Source: Octopus sinensis
Taxonomy: Eukaryota
Assembly: GCF_006345805.1 (NCBI RefSeq)
Contig: NC_042999.1
Location: 20,150,001-20,214,000, forward strand
Length of the DNA stretch: 64,000 nt
Reading direction: 5' to 3'
Shown here: positions 55,650-64,000 of the stretch, piece after piece
Layout of the letters: each line of letters begins with the position of its first letter
Position numbering within the stretch: position 1 is the stretch's first letter
Notes under the pieces: model-generated
Seen by the model: only the letters and a program-made list of their open reading frames with translations
What the model was told of the DNA's origin: nothing
Database searches by the model: none
Position numbers and translations under genes: made by a program

Positions 55650-55850
55650 TCATCATCATCGTCGTCGTTTAATGTCCGTTTTCCATTTTAGCATGGGTTG
55701 GACGGTTTGGCCGGGGTCCGGGAAGCCAGGAGGCTGCACCAGGCTCCTGTCTGATCTGGCAGTGTTTCTACAGCTGGATGCCCTTCCTAACGCCAACCAC
55801 TCCGTGAGTGTAGTGGGTGCTTTTTATACACATGGGCCAGGCTAAGCTGG
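55650..55850 (-). mobile_element. RTE LINE 3'-UTR fragment
   Basis: Consensus match. Confidence 0.9.
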
Positions 55851-56544
55851 CAAATATATATATATACAGATAGGGAGATAGAGAGAGAGATAGATAGAGA
55901 GAGAGAGAGATATGAAATGATACAGATAACTAAATATATTCAGGAGTTAAACAACGAAACTCAAAACAGCAACTCCCCTAATCCCAGGGAATATCCTATC
56001 CTAAGTGGATGTATTTTTTTAAGGGCTACCTAATTAGGGCCCCACTGCCCCACTATTTTTACTGCATTTTAAGATAAATACATGGCATTGGTGACCAAAT
56101 CGGAGCAATGATAATGACAATGAACTTCATACTATGAATTCCCTGGGAGTATCGTAAGGAGGTTCAGTTTCTGAAGGGCCACTTAAATGGGGCCCTATTG
56201 ATCCCCAACACCACCACCATTTTTTACTGCATATATTTCACTCCTATGCTTATCAATTAAACTATGATCAGCATCAGTGCTTAGCACATTTGCAGAAATA
56301 AGTTTGGTCATTCTAAATACCTTCACGTACATTAAAATTGAGATAAGGAGTTATAACAGGTACGTTTCAGGTGTGGTAGTGTGGATATTTATATTTTGTA
56401 GTTTTATGAAACTTGTGTCTAGTAAGAAATAAATACATGTTCATACACATATATCTAAACATGTACATATATCAACTAAATATATAGAGTAACACACACA
56501 TACACAAACACAAGCATGTGGTCATATACACAGACACACATACT

Positions 56545-56708
56545 GCATAGGAGTGGCTGTGTGGTAAGTAGCTTGTTTACCAGCCACATGGTTCCGGGTT
56601 CAGTCTCACTGCATGGCACCTTGGGCAAGTGTCTTCTACTATAGCCTCGGGCCAACCAAAGCCTTGTGAGTGGATTTGGTAGACGGAAACTGAAAGAAGA
56701 CCGTCGTA

Positions 56709-56741
<33 letters not shown>

Positions 56742-56975
56742 GCGTGTGTGTCTTTGTGTATCTGTGTTTGTCCCTCTAGCATTGCTTGACAACCGATGCT
56801 GGTGTGTTTGTGTCCCCGTTACTTAGCGGTTCGGCAAAAGAGGCCGATAGAATAAATACTGGGCTTACAAAAAGAATAAGTCCCGGAGTCGAGTTGCTCG
56901 ATTAAAAAGCAGTGCTCCAGCATGGCCGCAGTCAAATGACTGAAACAAGTAAAAGAGTAAAAGAGTAAAAGAGAA
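56545..56975 (+). mobile_element. SINE family A, full length
   Basis: Consensus match. Confidence 0.9.
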
Positions 56976-57489
56976 TAAACAAACACCAGCATATAGAAAA
57001 TAACCCAAAGATTTCAAGTGCATAACAACTTTACTTTCTTCAACAATTTACATTATTTAATCGCATATATTCTTACTTGTAATATCGTTGAGTATATGTC
57101 ATGTTTTATGTTTTCTTATAATTTAATTCAGCTTAATTCTGGTTTAGTTTTTGTGTTTTCGTTTGTTGTTGTTCTCAAGCAAAAATAGCATTTCGTAGAA
57201 GGTCACTCGGTTAGGTTTAACATGATAATCTGCTTTGCATTGTATTAGATGTTTCACAGGTGACATTTTAACCCATGTTCACCCAAATCGAGTTGTTAAA
57301 ACATACAACTGTAAATGTAATTGAGAAATACATATATTTTATCGTTCTTTTACTTGTTTCAATCGTTGATCTGTGGCCATGCTGGGACACCACCTTAAAT
57401 GGTTTTAGTGAGATGAATCAATCCCACTACTTGTGATTTTTTTTCATCTCTTTTACTCTTTTACTTGTTTCAGTCATGTGACTGGCCAT

Positions 57490-58685
57490 GATTGGTTGGT
57501 GCTTTTTACGTTCCACCAGCACGGAAGCCAGTCAAGGTAGCTCTGGCATTAGCCACGTACAGATGGTGCATTTTAGGTGCCACCGGCACAGAAGCCAGTC
57601 AAGGTGGCGCTGGCATCATCCACGTACAGATGGTGCTTTTTACGTGCCACCAGCAAAGGTGCCAGGGGAGGCTGGCAACGGCCACGATCGATTTGTGCTA
57701 TTTACGTGCCGCCGGCACAGAAGTCAGTCAAGGCGGCGCTGGCATCGGCCACGTACGGATGGTGCTTTTTATGTGCCCCCAGCACAGGTATCACAACTAC
57801 AATTTCCATTTGATTTTTTGATGCTGATGGTGATGTAATTGACTCAATAGGACCAAGGTAAGTACAACAGGCTGTCCTGCGATACAAGGCACTTTAGAAG
57901 GGCTAGGGCTTCTATGTGAAGCTGGTGCAGGAAACAGCCATGAACTCACATTATTTGTCGAGTGTTCGCAGTCACAGTATATCTCCAGAGGTCTTGGTCT
58001 TTCGTCATTCCCTCTGTGAGACCCAACGTTCGAAGGTCATGCTTGACCACCTCATCCCATGTCTTCCTGGGTCTACCTCTACCCTGGCTACCTTCAACAT
58101 TTTGGGAGTGGCACTTCACACATCTCTTCTCATCCATCCGCAGTACATGACCATACCATCGCAAGCGTCACTCTTGCATACCGCATCTGATGCTTCTTAT
58201 GTCAGCATTTCTCTCAGGGTGCTTACCCTCTGTCGTGCGTGCACACTGACATTACACATCCAGTGAATCATGCTAGCTTCATTCCTTTCAAGCCTACACA
58301 TGTCCTCTGCAGTCACTGCCCATGTTTCACTACTGCTGAAGCATGGCAGTTCGCACACATGTGTAGTACAATCTACCTTTCACTCTGAGTGGGAGACCCT
58401 TTGTCACCAGTAGGGGTAGGAGCTTTCTAAACTTTGCCCAGGCTATTCTTACTCTAGTGGTAACACTCTCTGAGCATCCACCCCCACTACTAACTTGGTC
58501 ACTTAGGTAGCGGAAACTATCAACTACTTCTAGTTTCTTCCCCAGGAGTGAAATGGAATCTGTTTTCTGAGTATCAATGGTGTCTCTTGCCCTGTGCATC
58601 TGCCGCACACGAAAGCTATCTTCTCAGTTAATTTTCCTTTGATGGTACTGCATCTCTTATGTGTCCATAGCTTACACTGGGTACA
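57490..58685 (-). pseudogene. RTE LINE fragment (end of PHD, thumb, C-terminus, 3' UTR), frameshifted
   Basis: LWTHKRC..FVCGRC, VVDSFRYLSDQVSSGGGCSESVTTRVRIAWAKF, RWYGHVLRM, GRGRPRKTWDEVVK. Confidence 0.9.
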
Positions 58686-58689
58686 TCTT

Positions 58690-59270
58690 TACACTCTGAG
58701 TTCAAATTCTGCCAAGGTCAGCTTTGCCTTTCATCCTTTAGGGGTCAGTAAATTAAGTACCTATTTCTTTACTGCCCACAAGGGGCTAAACACAGAGAGG
58801 ACGAACAAGGACAGACAAACGGATTAAGTCGATTATATAGACCCCAGTGCGCAACTGGTACTTATTTAATCGACCCTGAAAGGATGAAAGGGTAAGTCGA
58901 CCTAGGCAGAATTCGAACTCAGAACGTAACGACAGATGAAATACCTATTTCTTTGCTACCCACAAGGGGCTAAACACAGAGAGGACAAACAAGGACAGAC
59001 AAACGGATTAAGTTGATTATATCGATCCCAGTGCATAACTGGTACTTATTTAATCAACCCCAAAACGATGAAAGGCAAAGTAGACCTCGGCGGAATTTGA
59101 ACTCAGAACGTAAAGACAGACGAAATACCGCTAAGCATTTCGCCCGGCATGCTAACGTTTCTGCCAGCTCACTGCCAGTAAATTAAATACCAGTGAAACA
59201 CTGGGGTCGATGTAATCAACTAGCCCCTTTCTCAAAATTTCCGGCCTTGTGACATCAGCAGAAAGTATTA
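58690..59270. mobile_element. SINE B dimer (-, 58761-59175) inserted into another SINE B (+) with ~15-bp TSD
   Basis: CAGTAAATTAA(G/A)TAC at 58746-58760 and 59176-59190; 184-bp internal period. Confidence 0.85.
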
Positions 59271-59584
59271 ACATAATTATTCAATGTTATTTTCCTTTTC
59301 AGAAATGCAATTTACAAGAGACTGGTTGAGAATTTAAGCAGATTTAATAACTTTTGAGTAGTTACTTCATTCTCTTCTTCTGACAAATACTTTTCAAATG
59401 TATTTCTCTGCAAGTTTAGACACATTGTCAAATCTGTAACTACCTATCCAACTTTCTGTTCAGACAGTATAGTTATAATTGCTTATATTGAAAACTGAAA
59501 GCTACAACATGTGTTGGTAGAAAGAATGAAATTAATGTATCAAATTTGCATAACAGATTTTATTCTGTGCATTTTGTCAACATA

Positions 59585-59779
59585 GCGGTGCAGGAGTGGC
59601 TATGTGGTAAGTAGCTTGCTTACCAACCACATGGTTCCGGGTTCAGTCCCACTGCGTGGCACCTTGGGTAAGTGTCTTCAACTACAGCCTCGGACCGACC
59701 AAAGCCTTATGAGTGGATTTGGTAGATGGAAACTGAAAGAAGCCCGTCTTATATATGTATGTATATATATATATATATG

Positions 59780-59840
<61 letters not shown>

Positions 59841-60062
59841 ATGTATTTGTGTGTATGTGTTTGTGTGTGCATGTTTGTCCCCACAACATTGCTTGGCAAC
59901 CGATGCTGGTGTGTTTAAGTCCCTGTAATTTAGCAGTTCGGCAAAAGAGGCCGATAGAATAAGTACTAGGCTTACAAAGTATAAGTCCTGGGGTCGATTT
60001 GCTCGATTAAAATGGTGGTGCTCCAGCATGGCCACAGTCAAAATGACTGAAACAAGTAAACG
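59585..60062 (+). mobile_element. SINE family A, full length with expanded internal microsatellite
   Basis: Consensus match. Confidence 0.9.
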
Positions 60063-60192
60063 AAAAGATATGCAGTTATGCATAACTGCGAAGCAGAGAG
60101 GTTGGGAGCCCTTGGAAAACTGCTTGGAAACTTAATTTGGTCTTTATTCGAAAACTAAACTGAAATTTTATACATCACAGAAGCCTTCTCTT

Positions 60193-60235
<43 letters not shown>

Positions 60236-61694
60236 GTCTGTCTCTCTCTCCCTCTCTGTCTATGTCTCTGTCTCTCTCTTTCAGCTGTACGTGCTGAATC
60301 AGTTTAATGAAACGCTTGTCAATTCTAGTATTTTGCTGTTGTGTGCAATAATAAGTTGTTCCTATCCAGTGTTGTTTGTATCCACTTCTTGGCCATTACC
60401 TTTTAACTCATCTAGGCATACACTCAAAAACACATCCTGTATCTCTTAATGCTTGATTGCATTATCCTAAAAGGCTTAATTAATCTTCATCTAGTCTTAC
60501 ATCATCAAGTCAGTCTGACCAGACTAGTATCTCCTAATCTATTGATTATTTATGGAAAGGGAAAATAAAATATGCAAAATTTCAACAGAAGTCAATTGAT
60601 TCAATGGAAATTTGAACTGGGTAAAGTTTAAAATACATTCAGTTTTGTGAAAAACGAATGCAAAATTCCCTTTGTTTATCAGTGTAATTAACAGATATAA
60701 TGAACAAAGGTTTCAGGCTATCTATCTGTCCTAATTAGAAATGTTTGCAATTAAATCTGGGATAAATTTCGCCTTCTCTTTTGAAGCATTGATTGCATTC
60801 AGAATAAAAGGTTGACTTTATAATGATAGCCTTAAAAAGTCCAATATACTTTCATCACTTAAGAAGTTATGATTAAACAGAAATTTCTATCTGAAGTTAC
60901 CAATTGTTATATATGATCGTTTCTTTAATTTGGTCTTTAGAATGTGTCTTTGAGTTGATAAAGGTTACTCAGTGAAATTCATGGTTTGGTCAATCAATGA
61001 TTAATTCCTTATTTAATGGGTTTCTCATTATCATACTACAATTCTTTCCCTATTGTTTCAGGTGAGATTTATAATCCTTCTTCTTTTCAAACAGTCATGG
61101 AAACAGTTTCAAAGAAATCCTTGTTGAGCAACTTACATTATTAAACAGCTTGCTTGCGAAATCCTTCATTGTTCACACGATTAATCAAATGCTAAGTGAA
61201 TGTTCCAAAAAAACAATTAGAATGCTATAAAACATTTGCATAATTAGAGCCTTTCATTCGATCAATTGGAGTCTTTCATTTTATATTATAGAGTGCGTGT
61301 GACTGACTACAGAAGAAAAAGTTTAATATGAAGATAATGTATGGCTAAATCCTAGAAAATCAGATCATCCTCTCATAAATCTGTGATTTTGTATTATGAC
61401 AATAATCTTATGGATCCCACGCTCAAAAGATGGAACCCTTTTCCCTTACCCAACCCAATTGTAATTAGGTAGCATAATCGATAAATACAATGTAGGAGGA
61501 GCTAATTAAAGGGTCTCTATATGGTCCCTTGACATGCTGGAAATAAAAGACAATCTTATACAATTAACTCTCTAATCTCTAAAATAAGGAAGAGACACAT
61601 TAGATAATTTACTCCAAGGAACAACCAAAAATACTGCGATAGTCATGGGTGAAATACCTTTGGTTATAAAGTTAAACAATGACAACAGCTAGTG

Positions 61695-61990
61695 GAGGCG
61701 CAATGGCCCAGTGGTTAGGGCAGCGGACTCGCGGTCGTAAGAATGCGGTTTCGATTCCCAGATGGGCATTGTGAGTGTTTATTGAGCAAAAACACCTAAG
61801 CTCCACAAGGCTCTGATGGGGGAGGGACAGGTGAACCCCGCTGTACTCTTTCACCACAACTTCCTCTCCCTCTTTCTTCCTACTTCTGCCACAAAGCAGA
61901 GGAACCATGGTGTAACCCACTATGGTGTGGTAAACCTTCAGACCCTAGACTAGATTGTGAATCTTCTGAACCCCAGGATGATCCAGCTCT
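61695..61990 (+). mobile_element. SINE family C
   Basis: GAGGCGCAATGGCCCAGTGGTTAGGGCAGCGGACTCGCGG head. Confidence 0.8.
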
Positions 61991-62585
61991 CCACCCATTA
62001 AAAGACACCATTTACAGAATGAGGATAACAACATAGCTTTTGCACCCATGCAGAGGCCCAAATTTTAGTTCAACCATTTCGCTTACATTGAAACTTTGCA
62101 CATCACACCTGTACATTTTAAAACTAATTGATAAATATGGAGATGTATGATTGCCATACACATTATAAAACCTAACATTAGCTATTCTTACCAATTGGTG
62201 TTTGTATCAACTGCTTGCCCATTACTCTATCAATTTGTTTAGGCATACCATGAAAAACATATCTAGTATCTTTTTAATGCATCATTACTTTACTCTTAAA
62301 GGCTTAATTAATCTTCATGTAGTATATCATTATCAAGTCAGTCTCACCAGACTAGTATCTAACTAAATTTATTGATTACCTTTGGAAAGTAACTACTATA
62401 CATATTATAAAGACTGACTTTATAACCATACACATTATAAAGACAAGTAAAATTCGTCTTCCATTTAATATTAGAAGAAAGGGATCTGTGTAGGGCTCCT
62501 TTTCACAGAGGCTCTATGATAGTTTTTGAAATGCAGTCATATAGAAGAATGTTAAGAATATTTTGGTAAAAATATAAAACTAACG

Positions 62586-63012
62586 AAGGCGCAGGAGTGG
62601 CTGTGTGGTAAGTAGTTTGCTTACGAACCACATGGTTCTGGGTTCAGTCCCACTGTGTGGCACCTTGGGCAAGTGTCTTCTACTATAGCCTTGGGCCGAC
62701 CAAAGCCTTATGAGTGGATTTGGTATACGGAAACGGAAAGACGCCTGTCGTATATATGTTTATATATATATATATATGTGTGTGTGTGTGCATGTGTATA
62801 CATTTGTGTGTCTGTAATTGTCCCCCTAACATCACTTGACAACCGATGCTGGTGTGTTTACGTCCCCGTAACTTAGCGGTTCGGCAAAAGAGACCGATAG
62901 AATAAGTACTAGGCTTACAAAGAATAATTCCTGGGGTCGATTTGCTCGACTAAAGGCGGTGCTCCAGCATGGCCACAGTCAAATGACTGAAATGAGTAAA
63001 GAGTAAAGAGTA
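62586..63012 (+). mobile_element. SINE family A, full length
   Basis: Consensus match. Confidence 0.92.
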
Positions 63013-63039
63013 AGTGCAATAACTAGCTAATGCATAAAG

Positions 63040-63310
63040 GTCTTGACTATCAACTATTAAAAGAAGGAAGCTAAAGTACTTTGGTCCCATAGTAAAGGCA
63101 CAAGGTATACAAACTCTATTGCTAGAAGGAAAGATAAATGGCAAATGCACAAGACAAGGACCTCGAACAAACTGGTAGATAACATCAAGGACTGGACTAA
63201 ACTCTCATATGGTGAATGTGTAAGAATGGCAAAGAAAAATATCAAATGGGGATCCTTGATATTCAACCTACTGAAAGCAGATGACACCAGATGAAAAAAA
63301 GAATAAGAAT
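63040..63310 (+). pseudogene. 3' fragment of another RTE family
   Basis: IKRRKLKYFGPIVKAQGIQTLLLEGKINGK..GPRTNW..NIKDWT. Confidence 0.75.
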
Positions 63311-63799
63311 AGGGGAGATTAAAGCGGGTAAGCTATCCTGGAACTCGAGAAATGGTTCAAATACTTGCAACAACGCACTCAAGGACTAGACAGCAGTGTT
63401 AAAAAGGCAATAGATTAAATCTACCAGCGAAGAATTCAGAACATAAAGAGCCAGCATCAGATAATGGGTACAGCCTCTTCCTATTTGCTAAAATTTTGAA
63501 GAAAAATATTTTAATTTCAAATTTCAGTAGAAGTAATTTTATCTTTCATCTTTCAATAACAGAAGGAATTTCTATATATATATATATATATATATTGTCT
63601 GATTCAGATGTATCTACACTTCCTCTAATAGTCAAAATGCTTTCATCAAAAGAAATCAAAGTATACTTGATGTTTGTTGCCACTAATTAAAATACTTGTG
63701 GTTCTTCTTTTTAATAACATTTTCATAGATATATGATTCTTAGAGGAGAATCAACTTAAATGAAACGAGTTCATAAATATAAATGTTAATTTATAATTC

Positions 63800-63965
63800 T
63801 GAAACAACCACCCAAACTCGGGTCAATAGGAGGAAATGGGGTTGGTTGGGACATTCCCTGCAAAAAGCCCATTTGCATTATTGTAAGGTAAGACTTCTTA
63901 TGGAAACCGAATGGGAAACAAAATGATGGTATATCAAAACCATTATGAAGAAACTTCTCAGAAAC
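63800..63965 (+). pseudogene. Decayed RTE C-terminal fragment
   Basis: RRKWGWLGHSL and, after a frameshift, LWKPNGK. Confidence 0.55.
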
Positions 63966-64000
63966 TGTTGCAATGGTAGGTAGCTACAACTGAAGACAAC

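Overview
AT-rich, repeat-saturated animal genomic DNA. The SINE/LINE families look like those of octopus or another coleoid cephalopod; this is recognition from memory, not a database result. No host protein-coding gene can be identified: nearly all listed ORFs are translations of microsatellites (TA, CA, AAT, CAT, GGT, GATA), and only one weak 66-nt exon candidate was seen. The window holds about 20 copies of a CORE-like tRNA-derived SINE with an internal TA/TG microsatellite, a Nin/Deu-like SINE, and two other tRNA-headed SINEs. It also holds an RTE-clade LINE (5'-truncated RT ORF at 27889-29491 with a C4HC3 PHD-type finger inside the RT, plus many 3'-UTR-only copies), R4/Dong-type, HERO-like, CR1-like and mariner relics. 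The most notable signal is a set of (TA)n-associated, non-coding elements carrying type I hammerhead ribozyme motifs from at least four sequence families. One has a fully canonical core, in a 536-bp monomer arranged as tandem copies folded into a ~620-bp-arm palindrome (44911-46299). Another lies in a 234-bp tandem dimer (37977-38425). These resemble Penelope-like element pseudo-LTRs or non-LTR retrozymes.
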